From Candidatus Binatia bacterium (lineage in GTDB: Bacteria; Desulfobacterota; Binatia; HRBIN30), in assembly GCA_038245295.1 (NCBI GenBank), contig JBBRSP010000003.1, positions 224,001 through 288,000 on the forward strand: a stretch of 64,000 bases of DNA, read 5' to 3'. Of the stretch, positions 47,454-58,314 are shown in pieces. Positions within the stretch are counted from its first letter, which is position 1, and every line of letters starts with the position of its first letter. Below the pieces are notes generated by a model. The model made no database searches and had not been told where the DNA came from. It was given only the letters and a program-made list of their open reading frames with translations. Both the position numbers and the translations under genes were made by a program.

Positions 47454-48389
47454 ATGGCACATCCAATTCGCTTCGGAATTCAGACGGGACAACAGAACAT
47501 CGAGTGGAAGGACATGCTGAGCCTCTGGCAGAAGATCGATGCCTGGGGATACGACTCGGTTTGGAACTACGATCACTTCTATCCGCTGTTCGTCGATCCG
47601 GAAGGCTCGTGCCTCGAAGGATGGACAACGTTGAGCGCCCTGGCCCAGGCCACGAAGCGTGTGCGCATCGGCCATCTGGTCAACGGCAATACCTATCGCC
47701 ATCCGTGTGTGCTCGCCAAGATGGCCTGCACTCTCGATCACATCAGCGGCGGCCGCCTCAATCTCGGCATCGGCGCCGCCTGGTTCCAGCTCGAACACGA
47801 CAACTTCGGCATCGACTTCAAGACCGTTCGCGGCCGCCTCGATGCTCTCGACGAGTCGTGCCGCATCCTGCGCAGCATGTTCACCCAGCAGAAAACCACG
47901 CTGCATGGCAAACACTATCACGTCACCGACGCGCTCTGCGTACCGAAGCCGGTGCAGAAGCCGGGGCCGCCAATCATGATCGGCGGCACCGGACAGAAGA
48001 TCCTGCTGCGCATCGTGGCTGAACATGCGGACATGTGGAACGCCATGGGCAGTGCTGAGGATCTCAAGGCGTTGATCGATATCATCCGCAAACATGGCGA
48101 GACGGTGAAGCGCGACACCGACCAGATCGAGAAGACGGTTGCCATGGCGCTCTGTTACAATAACCCGGGGCGCGAAGAGATGGTGACGCAGATGGTGTCG
48201 ATGATGCGCCAGAAGCCGGCAAACGAGGCGCGCCAGCTCATTATGATCGGCAATAAACAGGAGTGTATCGATACAATTGGGCGTTACTCGAAGGCCGGTC
48301 TGACACACTTCATCTTCATGCTGATGCCGCCGTATGAGCTCGAGGAGATTCAGGCCTTCGCTGAAGAAGTCATCCCGGCCTTTCGGTAA
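47454..48389 (+). CDS. LLM-class (probably F420-dependent) oxidoreductase
   Basis: WNYDHF, EGWTTLSALA, YRHP..LAKMA.TLDHISGGRL.LGIGA, PKPVQ.P.PPIMIGG. Confidence 0.9.
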   Translation: MAHPIRFGIQTGQQNIEWKDMLSLWQKIDAWGYDSVWNYDHFYPLFVDPEGSCLEGWTTLSALAQATKRVRIGHLVNGNTYRHPCVLAKMACTLDHISGGRLNLGIGAAWFQLEHDNFGIDFKTVRGRLDALDESCRILRSMFTQQKTTLHGKHYHVTDALCVPKPVQKPGPPIMIGGTGQKILLRIVAEHADMWNAMGSAEDLKALIDIIRKHGETVKRDTDQIEKTVAMALCYNNPGREEMVTQMVSMMRQKPANEARQLIMIGNKQECIDTIGRYSKAGLTHFIFMLMPPYELEEIQAFAEEVIPAFR

Positions 48390-48490
48390 CCAGGCGAGCA
48401 CGGCAAGCTAAGAGGGACGGACAACCAACCAACCGGAGGGTAGTGTCTCAGTTTGACCTGTTGGCGGCTGCCGGGTGGTGGATCCCATCG

Positions 48491-48582
48491 CGGAGCGCGC
48501 CACTCCGTGGCGCCCATCGCTGGAATCCAAGCCCGCAGCGGGTAAGGTTCCGTCTCCGGGCGCCACGGAGTGGTGCGCTCCG
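48491..48582. repeat. Palindromic REP-like element
   Basis: 25-nt arms cggagcgcgccactccgtggcgccc / gggcgccacggagtggtgcgctccg with one mismatch; between convergent genes. Confidence 0.8.
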
Positions 48583-48662
48583 ATTAGAGAGCATCGGCGG
48601 GCATGGATCCCAAATTGAGCACTACCACCGGAGGCGACACTCCTCGTTGGCCGGTTGTCCTC

Positions 48663-51023
48663 CTATTTCTTCCAGGTCCAACCTTCGATGCCGAGGCCCT
48701 TCTCCGGGTTGTATCCCGTCGTGTAGGCGCGCACGACGCCGGCGTTGTCGATCAAGACGAAGGTCGGTGTGCCGCTGACGCCGTAGGTCTGCGACGTTTT
48801 GCGGTAGTCGTCCATGACCACCGTGTTGGGGAACTCGGGGGTGAAGATTTTGAAGAACTCATCGAGGCGGTCCTTTGCTTCGTCGGTGATCGCCACCACC
48901 TGCACCTTGCGTTGCTTGGCGAATGCCACCACTTCCGGCAACGACGCCTTACAGGGCCCGCACCACGTGGCCCAAAAGAAGAGAAGGTGGTCACCAGTGC
49001 CGACCAGCGTCTTTGGCGGATCGCCGCGATACGGGTCCATGCTCAGCGGCGGTGCCGCGCTGCCGACCTTGGGCGGTCCGGGCAACTCGGGCCACTTCAG
49101 CGGGAACTCCTTCGGGGTAATGGTCAACGTCATTCCGTGAGTGTCGCGCAGCACCGCAAGTTTCTTGGCGTCGCCGATCTTCGACATCATCGTCCAGGAT
49201 CGTACTTCGCCGCGTTCGGTAAACGGCTTGTCGGGCGTGCCGAGGACGACGTCACCCACTTGCAAGCCAGCCGTGGCAGCAGGCGACTCGGGATAAACGG
49301 CGACGATGGCAGCCGCGCCAGGCGGCAGCTTGTTCTCCGTCACCACTTCTGGCTTCGGATCGCGGAACTGGATGCCCAGCCAGGCCGGCAATGACTCCTG
49401 CGCTCGGACAACGTCTTCTTTGAACTCGGGAAAGGGTTTGGTCGCGACGAGCTCGGGTCCCGGTAAAGTCGTGCCGGGCAACGTCAGATCCTCGCAGTGT
49501 ACGAGACTCGCATAGGCGGCGCGCTGTTCGGGCGTTGCTTTGGTCGCGATGTAGACGCGTCCGGCGATGCTGGTCAGTACCTTGCGCATGCGCAACACCA
49601 CACCCAGCCGAACCTCCATGCGGTAGCTGATGGCCGCCGCCGAGCGTCCCTTGCGCCGCAGGATGTGGAGTTTGTTCTTGGTTACCGGGTCTGTGTCGGT
49701 GAACTGCTGCATCCTGGCGATCAGGTCGGTGGTGGTTGTGGCGAGGCTGGTGGCGTCGAGGTCTTTGAGCACGGCGGGTGTTGAACGCACGGCCCAGTCG
49801 GGAAATGTCGCGACGAAGCGTTCGAAGTTTGCCGAGTTGCTATCGTGGAGGGCACCGCGCCAGGCACGGCTGGTGTTCTTCATCTGGTCGGCAATGAGCG
49901 GCAATTGCTTCGTCTGTTCGGCGATCTCACTGAGGGTGCGTGGACTGAAGATGCCGTAGGCTTTGCCGATCCGGTCGAGGAGTCGAACATCGGGCTCCCA
50001 ACTGGCTTTGGTCGCCCAGGCCACCTGGAGCAACTGATCGACCAACGCGTCGACGGCGCCGGGCTTGTCACCCGCCGCCTGCCGCAGGAGGCGCTCCAGG
50101 TACTCGTCCGAGGTGCGTAGCGGCACGTCGGGCGATGCATCGCTAACCAGCGTGCGCGTATGCGCCTCCGAGAAATTATGGGTCTGCGCCAAACCTTGGA
50201 AGAAGTGGAACGAGTGACCGACGTTGCGGCGGCCGCGGTTCTCGGGATAGCAGCCATAGGCGGGGCGATCGGCCGTCGAGGAAAAATAGCCGCAGACATT
50301 GCCAGTTGGTTGGCTGTCCTTGGCGTGCACGTCGAGCAGGTTCGCGAAGGCACCCGAGTAACATTGCGACATGAGAGTCACGACCCGAACTTGCGGTGGC
50401 AGCAACTCCATCATGTCGCGCAGCTCCTTGACGGAAAGCTTGGCGTCCTTGCCCCATAGGATGATGTGATTGTCGTTGAGATCGGTCGGATTACGGGTGC
50501 CGTGATCGGTTACGTACAACAGCACCGTATCACCGGCCGTAAGCACCTTCGCGGCGGCTTCGAACCAACCGCGGATGGCGTCCTTACTGGCCGACTGGAC
50601 CGGCATGCCGGGGACTACCGAGTTACTGTAGGTGACCTGGCCGCGCAGCCACGGTTCAATGCGAGAACCTTCGAGGAGCCAGAAGCCCTTTTCCGGACTC
50701 CCCTCGCGGACGGCGACATCGCCATCCGGATTGTCGCCGTCGGCGTTGAAAATCGAGATGCGCTCGTCGGCAATGCCGGCGGCGCGCATCATTTCGAGCA
50801 GTTGTTGGATGTGCAGCAGGTGTGATTGGTAATTCTGTTCCCGGCCACCGCCGCCGTTGATCATCAGGACATGCAGGTGGCTCGCCGCCACGGCGTCGGT
50901 GCGCACGATCGCGGCGGCAGGCTCGATCGGTTGATGCTGGGCCGGGGCGCACCCAGTACATCCGGCGAGATTCAAGAGGAGGGCGAGGCCCGCGAACCAT
51001 CCGCGTTGTCGTGACAAGATCAT
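48663..51023 (-). CDS. Exported clan CD (C13/caspase-like) peptidase-PDZ-TlpA thioredoxin fusion
   Basis: Lipobox-like LAGC; LLYVTDHG and LMSQCYSG dyad; WLGIQF...SPAATAGLQVGDVV (PDZ); FWATWCGPC...GTPT. Confidence 0.75.
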   Translation of the reverse strand: MILSRQRGWFAGLALLLNLAGCTGCAPAQHQPIEPAAAIVRTDAVAASHLHVLMINGGGGREQNYQSHLLHIQQLLEMMRAAGIADERISIFNADGDNPDGDVAVREGSPEKGFWLLEGSRIEPWLRGQVTYSNSVVPGMPVQSASKDAIRGWFEAAAKVLTAGDTVLLYVTDHGTRNPTDLNDNHIILWGKDAKLSVKELRDMMELLPPQVRVVTLMSQCYSGAFANLLDVHAKDSQPTGNVCGYFSSTADRPAYGCYPENRGRRNVGHSFHFFQGLAQTHNFSEAHTRTLVSDASPDVPLRTSDEYLERLLRQAAGDKPGAVDALVDQLLQVAWATKASWEPDVRLLDRIGKAYGIFSPRTLSEIAEQTKQLPLIADQMKNTSRAWRGALHDSNSANFERFVATFPDWAVRSTPAVLKDLDATSLATTTTDLIARMQQFTDTDPVTKNKLHILRRKGRSAAAISYRMEVRLGVVLRMRKVLTSIAGRVYIATKATPEQRAAYASLVHCEDLTLPGTTLPGPELVATKPFPEFKEDVVRAQESLPAWLGIQFRDPKPEVVTENKLPPGAAAIVAVYPESPAATAGLQVGDVVLGTPDKPFTERGEVRSWTMMSKIGDAKKLAVLRDTHGMTLTITPKEFPLKWPELPGPPKVGSAAPPLSMDPYRGDPPKTLVGTGDHLLFFWATWCGPCKASLPEVVAFAKQRKVQVVAITDEAKDRLDEFFKIFTPEFPNTVVMDDYRKTSQTYGVSGTPTFVLIDNAGVVRAYTTGYNPEKGLGIEGWTWKK

Positions 51024-51162
51024 CAGGGCGCTTCCCGTAGCAGAGGCGCGGCGGCCGACACAATTCGCCGTGGCCAGCCGACACAAGCTCAGGGTGTGGG
51101 CTGTTTGACGCTCGCCTTCCAGTGATTGGCGTCGGCGCGCGTCACTCGGATGTCACTCGAGA

Positions 51163-52332
51163 TCAGCGCACCTTCGGGCGGAACAGGCCGAAAGCACTCG
51201 TGTAGCCGTGCAGATGTGTCGCGCCGCGCACCGGGCCGATCTCGCCATTGCAGAAGAAACCGCCCAAAGGCACATCGCCGAAGCGTTCGCGTAAGAGATC
51301 ACTGTCGTGATTCGGCGTTCCGTACAGCCCTTGGCCCCGGCCGAGGCACGAGAAGAGCAGGGCGCCGGCCGGCGGTTCCGCGGCCTCGTAGCGGGAGAGA
51401 ACCTGGCGCAAGTCACGCGTCGATGTCGAACGGTCGCGCAGGTGAAACTGGACGACGATGTTCGGCTCGATCAGGGCACCGACTGCCAGGGCTCCGCGCT
51501 CCGGGTCCATCCCCATCAAATTGCGGATGAGGAAGTCGCCCTGGTGATACTCCTGCTGCTGCGTCGCCATGACCAGTCCGAGGAATAGCGAGTGGCGCGC
51601 CAACTCCTGATCGGGGCGCGGTAGTTCTTCGTAAAGATCCTTGAGCGTATCGAGCGCCGAGCGCCCATCGAGCTCGTAGACCATGTTGTTGTGCGACTTC
51701 GTGACGAACATCGGTTGGCCGATCGGTCGACAACCTTGCGCCACGACGGTGTCCATGACGACGTTGCCGGACAGGGCCACGCCGGTAAGGCCACGGCGGG
51801 CAACCAGGTCGTTCAGGAAGATGGCGTTGGCTCCCGCCTCGCGACCGCCGCTGCTCAAGCCCCCGACGGTTCGCCCCGACGGATATGTCGCGTCAAGGGA
51901 GACAAGGAACGGTGCCGGATCGAAGCTCGTCGGTTCGGGGAGCACGATGAAGTGTGGGTCGATGTTCTGCGGTATTCCCAGGAAATCGGCCAAGCCCGTC
52001 CCCGCGTCCGGCAGCGGACCATCATCAATATGGAAGGGCCTCAGCTCTACACCGGGTAGGGCGGCCGCCGTGATCGAAACGGCGGGCATGTCCTCAATCT
52101 CCCGACCGGCGCCGATGATGGCCCCGCCCGAGGAACCGAGCACGAGCGCATCGGGGAAGTGTTGTTGCAGTAGCGCCGGCACGCGATTGTAGGCGGCCTG
52201 GTGGTGCGGCGAGGCGAAGACGAGAATCAGATCGGCGGTCTGGCCGTCCATTTGATCAACGACTTGCTCGGCCGCTTCGCGGACGGCATCGCTGGTATAG
52301 AGAGCCAATCCAAGGCCCGAAGCCCAACGCAT
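51163..52332 (-). CDS. FIST N/C domain protein
   Basis: GGLSS, VAQGCRPIG, FLIRNL.G.D, LLFSCLGRG, GFFCNGEIGP, LHGYT. Confidence 0.92.
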   Translation of the reverse strand: MRWASGLGLALYTSDAVREAAEQVVDQMDGQTADLILVFASPHHQAAYNRVPALLQQHFPDALVLGSSGGAIIGAGREIEDMPAVSITAAALPGVELRPFHIDDGPLPDAGTGLADFLGIPQNIDPHFIVLPEPTSFDPAPFLVSLDATYPSGRTVGGLSSGGREAGANAIFLNDLVARRGLTGVALSGNVVMDTVVAQGCRPIGQPMFVTKSHNNMVYELDGRSALDTLKDLYEELPRPDQELARHSLFLGLVMATQQQEYHQGDFLIRNLMGMDPERGALAVGALIEPNIVVQFHLRDRSTSTRDLRQVLSRYEAAEPPAGALLFSCLGRGQGLYGTPNHDSDLLRERFGDVPLGGFFCNGEIGPVRGATHLHGYTSAFGLFRPKVR

Positions 52333-52342
52333 TGTTGCTCCA

Positions 52343-52636
52343 CTACCAGCAGGCGACCGTCAGGTTGCCGCCTTCCTGGGTGCAATGATTGGCAGGTTGT
52401 ACGCCGTGGGGTGCCTTGCGATATGTCGTTTCCGGATCCTCGGCCGTTGTCTGGCCATTGTCCTGGGCGCCGTAGACGAGTTTTGTGGCGATCAAGACGA
52501 TGCCCACATACACAACGATGCAGACTGCGGCGATACCGATCGCCTCTCCCGTGCTGGTGGCATGCGCTGGTTTGGGACGCACGATGCCCAGGCTCAATGT
52601 CGTGACAATCGTGATCACAGCGATCAGGCGTTTCAT
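52343..52636 (-). CDS. Hypothetical small membrane/exported protein
   Basis: Signal peptide + TM segment; C-terminal C..EGGNLTVACW; AGGAAAGG RBS. Confidence 0.7.
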   Translation of the reverse strand: MKRLIAVITIVTTLSLGIVRPKPAHATSTGEAIGIAAVCIVVYVGIVLIATKLVYGAQDNGQTTAEDPETTYRKAPHGVQPANHCTQEGGNLTVACW

Positions 52637-52846
52637 GCAGTTGTAACCTTTCCTGTCAAAGTCGGGCCGTCAGTCCGGGGGGACACTACCGTAAACGCGG
52701 GTCGTTGGCCAAGACCCGTTCTGCGCAAGTTTGAGGTCGTCGCCCCAGGACTCAGGTTGGTGAGACGGCTGCGTCAGCGGCAGGGGACGAGACATATGGG
52801 AAATTATGGAGTAGGAACGCGTAACGGCAAAGGGGGCCGTTTGGTG

Positions 52847-55800
52847 ATGCGCGGACTGGTATGGGTCGGCAGCCTTTTCCTGGCAAGTCTCACCTCTTCG
52901 ATCGTCGCCTCCGAAGCGAGTGCCGTCGCATTGAGGACCGGCTTTGGCGGGCCGGCCGGGTATGGCACGGGGACGGTCGGACCTACCGACGACGGCTCGA
53001 GCTCGGCGATTGACCTGACGGTGGCGTTCGGACCGCAGGGACTCAACTATTTTGGCACGAACAAGACGCAGGTCTTCGTCAACAACAACGGCAACATCAC
53101 CTTCGACGGCTCCACCGGCCAGTACACACCAACCGGCATCAGTGCTGCCAGCAATCCGATCATCGCGGCGTTCTTCGCCGACGTCGACACCAACATGGGC
53201 GGCACGGTCTATTTCCAAGCCGACGCGGCGACGAAGACGTTTGTCGCGACGTGGGACAATGTCGGCTATTTCCGCGCCCACAACGATAAGACCAACTCCT
53301 TCCAGATCGTCTTGCTCGGCCAGCCGACGCCGGGCGACTTCGACATCGAGATTCGCTACGCGTCGCTGCAGTTCACCACCGGCGACGCCAGCGGCGGCAC
53401 GAATGGCCTTGGCGGAACGCCGGCGCGCGCCGGTTACTCGGCCGGCAACAGCATGACGTTCTTCGAGTTCCCGGAGTCGGGCGATCAAAACGCCATGCTC
53501 GATCTGGTCAATCGCAGCAATGTCGGCACAGCCGGCTTGTTCATTTTTCGTGTTCGCAACGGCGGTATCACGCCCCCTCCCACCTTCACGTCTACCGTCA
53601 CGCCGACCATTACTCCGTCGCCCAGCTCGACGCCGACGCCGACCCCGGCGAGCAACTGCTGCGCCGCGCACAACGGCGCCGGTTGTGACGACAATGCCTG
53701 TCAGGCCTGTGTTTGCGCCCTCGATCCATTCTGTTGCGATGCCCTGGCGGGCGACTGGGACGATACGTGCGCCGGCAAGACCACCGATCCGGAAATGTGT
53801 GGGCTGCAGTGTCTTTGCACCGGCGTTACCTGCACCGTATCACCGCCGAGCGCGACGAATCCGGTAGGTACGCGACACGATCTGACCGTCGAACTGACTC
53901 AGTCGGGCAAGGCTGTGGCCGGAGCCGACGTCCATACGGAGGTTACCTCCGGTCCGAATGCCGGCCTGTTTGTCGATCTGATCACCGGTGCCGACGGGCG
54001 CGTCTTCCCGTCTTACATCGCTGGCACTATGCCGGGCGTCGACGTGATCGGGGCATCGGGGATGATCGAACGTCAAGCGTTCGCGTGCACGGCAACCAAG
54101 GAATGGCTCCTTCCCGAGTGCACAATTGATCCGCCGTAGGCGACCAATCCAGTTGGTACCCGTCACTCGGTGGTGGTGAACGCCCACGTCGGCAACCAGC
54201 CGCTCGCTGGCGTTGGTATCACGGTGTCTGTCGAGAGTGGTCCCAATGCGGGCAAGAGCGGCAGCTTTTCGACGGATGCGGGCGGTTCGATTTCCGTCAA
54301 CTACATTGGCGATGGTAGTGGCGGTACTGACGTCATCCGCGCCAGCGGTACGACGCAGGCCGGGGTGCCGTTTACGTGCACGGCGCAGAAGGTGTGGGAT
54401 CCCACCTTACCCGGGTGCGTCATCGATCCACCCTTCGCCACCAATCCGCTGGGGCAACAACACACCTTCACGGTGCGCGTCATCCGCAACAACATCCCCC
54501 TGCCCAACGTGCCGGTTACCTTGAACGTTACTTCCGGTCCGAACGCGCCTGGCAGCACTCCCGGAAACACCGACGGCAACGGAGTGATCACGATCTTCCT
54601 GACGAACAACACGACCCCTGGCCTGGACACGTTCACGGCCTCGGGGGTTTTTGACGGCAAGGCGTTTTCCTGCACCGGCTCCAAGTTGTGGCTGGCGGCC
54701 ACCCCGACGCCAACGCGAACCGACACCGCGACGCGTACCCAGACGTTGACGCGTACACCTACGTTTACGTTCACTGCGACGCGGACAGATACCCCGACGC
54801 GCACGTCGACGTTGCCGCCGACGCTGACGCCAACACGTACGTTTAGTCCGACGCTGAGCTTCACACCGACGCTGACGACGACACGCACGCCGACTGTCTC
54901 GGCGTCACCCTCGTCAACCCGCACGCCGACCGGTTCGCCGTCGGCCACCCGGTCGAGAACGGGATCTCCCAGCGAGACCCCAACGGTGACCGCGACAACA
55001 ACAGCATCACCGTCAGCGACTCGCAGCACGACCGCGACACAGACCCCATCCCGCACGCCGACCCCATCGTTGACGACTACGGAGACGCCGTCACCGACTC
55101 GGTCGGCAACGCGCACACCCTCGATCAGCCCGTCCGTGACAAGAACGGCCACCGGCCTGAGCTCAGTAAGCCCGACGCGCACAGCGATGGTGACCACGAG
55201 CCCGTCCGCCACCCGCAGTCCTACCCCTTCGTCGACGCGTAGCAGCACGCCGACCGTGACCGTCACCGGCAGCGGAACGCCCATGGCAACGCCCACACGC
55301 ACGCCCACGTCGACGTCGAGCCCGACGCGGACAAATACGGCTGCGGTTCCAAGCTCTACCCCGACACCGTCACCGACGAGCAGCGGTGCCATGGCAACGG
55401 CGACGCCGACGCCTTCCGGCACGCTGACGGGCACGCCGACGCGCAGCATAACCAGTTCTCAACCACCCACGGCGACCCGCACGCGAAGGGTTACCGCGAC
55501 CTCCACGGCGTCATCCTCGGCGACGGCGAAAGACACGCCGAGCACAACGTCGACGCCGACCTTTACGGATACCCCGACGTCGACGCACACCCGCACGAAC
55601 ACGTCGACACGTCTGCCCACGGTGCCGCCGCTGGATACGCCGACGAGAACAGTGACGCCCACGGCCTCCCTGAGCCCGATTCCCCCAAGCCGGACGATCA
55701 CACGCACCGCATCACCCACGATTACGCCGACCTTGGTGCCGTCGTTCTCGCCGACACCGTCGCGCACCCGTGTACTGCGCACCGCCACACCAACGATCAC

Positions 55801-57355
55801 CGGCACGTTACCGAGCGCGACGCCGACGATCACGGGAACGAGGCCAAGTCAGACACCGACCGAGACGATAAGCCCTACAGCGCCGCCAACCAGCACAGGG
55901 ACGCGACCCTCGGTGACCCCGACGCCGTCGGCGACGGCACTCGTATCGTTCACACCGACGGCATCACGCACCCGCCTGCCGTCGCGCACGCCGACGGTCA
56001 CGGGGACGTTGCCAAGCGCCACACCAACAATCACCGGAACTCGCCCGAGCGAGACGCCGGAACCTGCGACCCCGACGCCGACGCCCACGCCGAGGGTCAT
56101 GCGCTGCCCCGGCGACTGCAACGGAGACGGCGAAGTGACAATCGACGAGATCCTTCGTCTGGTAAACATCGCGCTCGGCACGGCGAGCATCGACATCTGT
56201 CCGGCCGGTGATGTCGATGGCAATGGAGAAATCACCATCGATGAGATCATCGCCGCCGTGAACGCGGCGCTGACTGGTTGTCCGAGCGCGCTGCCAACGG
56301 CGACGGCGACCAGCGCTATTCTCGTGCCGACCTCCACCGCGACAGCAACAGACACACCGGGCGTCTCGGTTCCGTCCCCGACGAATACGGTAGGAAGCAG
56401 CGGCAGCCTCGGCCGCAATGCTGCGCACACGGTGCCCCTGCTGGCACGCTCGCTGACCACCATCCCGGCGTTGCTGTCGTCCATCACCCAGATCGCGTCC
56501 GGTGGCGCTGGCTTGTCGGCTCGACGCACCGACGCCCAGAAGCCGTGTAGCGGCGGCGGAACACTGGACTTTACCTGCACACAGACGACTCCACGCGTGT
56601 CACCGCGCGACTACGCGGTGAGCTTCAGTGCCTGCCGATTGGCGGCGGGGGCGGGAGATGTGTTGCTGAACGGGTCCGTTACCGCACGTTCGACGGAGGT
56701 TGGATTGTTGGCCACGTGTGCCCTGCCACCGCTCGAGCTGTCGTCGCTTACGGCGACCGGTGTGGACGTGACGTTACACGACGGCGGCGCTGTTGAGATC
56801 GAGCACGCATCGTTCAATGTCAGCGGTTCTCTCAAGGCAACCGCCGACCTGGCTTCATCCTGCCGCATTGGTGCGCTCGATCTGACATTGACCGGGTCGG
56901 TCGTCACGACGGCATCTTCCGAGGTGACCACGATGACCTTCGAGTCGACCCGCCTGCGATTGCAGATCGATCAATTCAGCACTGACTGTGTGCCCGTCGC
57001 CTACCGCCTGACGGTCGACGGCCCCTTGTCCCTGGTCGGCGACGCGATACGCGGGACCTTCCAGTCGACGGTGAGCGGAGTAGTGATGCAGGTTGCTCAG
57101 AGTAACGGGGGGCTGGATGTTGCCTTGTCGGGTAACGCCTCCGCCGATTGTCTCGGTGGGAGTGCGATGTTGAGCACACTGGCCAACGTTCACTTCACGG
57201 CGACGGCTGCCTGTCCTGATGCCGGCGCGGTCCTAGTGACGGCGGGTGGCACGACACGAGTTACGTTTGCGACCGACGAAGTCGACATCGATCGCGGCAA
57301 CGATGGCAGCATCGATGAGATCCTGACGTCGTGCCAAGGGTTGCTCTGCGAGTAG
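52847..57355 (+). pseudogene. NIDO + Ig-like repeats + Thr/Pro linker + dockerin-like adhesin interrupted by one in-frame TAG (54137-54139)
   Basis: ORFs 52385..54139 and 54170..57355 share a frame; the repeat CTIDPP*ATNPVG matches CTVSPPSATNPVG and CVIDPPFATNPLG; NIDO motifs VNNNGNITF, IAAFFADVD, NSFQ. Confidence 0.75.
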
Positions 57356-57381
57356 AGTCGACCTGACCTGAGGAACTTGCC

Positions 57382-58302
57382 TTGCCCGAGTTGCCTGACG
57401 TCGAGCTCTATCTTCATGCGTTGCGGCCACGCGTGGTCCATCAACCGCTCGGCTCGGTACGGTTGTTCACACCATTCGTGTTGCGCTCGGTGACGCCGTC
57501 CCTTGGCGCCTTTCAGGGCGAGGTAGTGCGCGGTGTAAGTCGGCTCGGCAAACGTATCGTCATGGAGTTTCCCGAGGAACGCTACCTGGTGATTCATCTC
57601 ATGGTTGCCGGTCGCCTGCGCTGGGACGAAAAGCGCGGCGCGAAGAAGCCGGGCAAGATCGGGCTCGCGGCGTTCGACTTTCCCAGCGGTACGTTGCTGT
57701 TTACCGAGGCGAGCGGCAAGAAGCGCGCATCGCTGATCGCCGTGCAGGGTAGGAACGCGCTCGCGGCGCTGGATCCCGGTGGAATCGACGTGCTGACGAT
57801 TGATTTGCGCGAGTTCGCCGCGGTGCTTTCGGCTCACAATCACACGTTGAAGCGCGCTCTCACCGACCCGCATCTCTTCAGCGGTATCGGCAACGCCTAC
57901 TCGGACGAGATCCTGCACGCGGCGCGGTTGTCACCGGTTCAGCTCACCAGCAAGCTGGACGACGAGCGCGTCGAGCGGCTCTATACGGCCGTGCAGCGGG
58001 TGCTGCGCGAGTGGACGGCACGCCTGCAGGAAGAATTCGGCAGTCGTTTTCCCGGTGTCGGCGACGTAACCGCCTTCCGTCCCGAATTCGCCACTCACGG
58101 CAAGTTCGGAAAACCCTGCCCCGTGTGTGCCTCGCCCGTGCAGCGCATCAAATACGCCGAAAACGAAACCAACTACTGCGCGGTATGCCAAACCGGCGGC
58201 AAACTGCTTGCTGATCGGTCTCTGTCGCGCCTGCTCAAACAGGATTGGCCGCGCTCGCTCGATGAGATGGAACTACACATTGCTAGTCGCCGGCATGGTT
58301 AG
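57382..58302 (+). CDS. Fpg/Nei family DNA glycosylase
   Basis: PELPDV, HLMVAG, GIGNAYSDEIL (H2TH), CPVC...CAVCQ zinc finger. Confidence 0.92.
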   Translation: MPELPDVELYLHALRPRVVHQPLGSVRLFTPFVLRSVTPSLGAFQGEVVRGVSRLGKRIVMEFPEERYLVIHLMVAGRLRWDEKRGAKKPGKIGLAAFDFPSGTLLFTEASGKKRASLIAVQGRNALAALDPGGIDVLTIDLREFAAVLSAHNHTLKRALTDPHLFSGIGNAYSDEILHAARLSPVQLTSKLDDERVERLYTAVQRVLREWTARLQEEFGSRFPGVGDVTAFRPEFATHGKFGKPCPVCASPVQRIKYAENETNYCAVCQTGGKLLADRSLSRLLKQDWPRSLDEMELHIASRRHG

Positions 58303-58314
58303 GCACAGGTCGGC

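Noticed and set aside
54137..54170. Genome-wide TAG recoding or a pyrrolysine signal
   Set aside because: TAG ends many ordinary genes here, no pyl genes are in the window, and only a weak 5-bp hairpin follows the codon
54700..56100. Repetitive DNA resembling an array or CRISPR
   Set aside because: Coding low-complexity acg/ccg repeats; no constant repeat-spacer period and no cas genes
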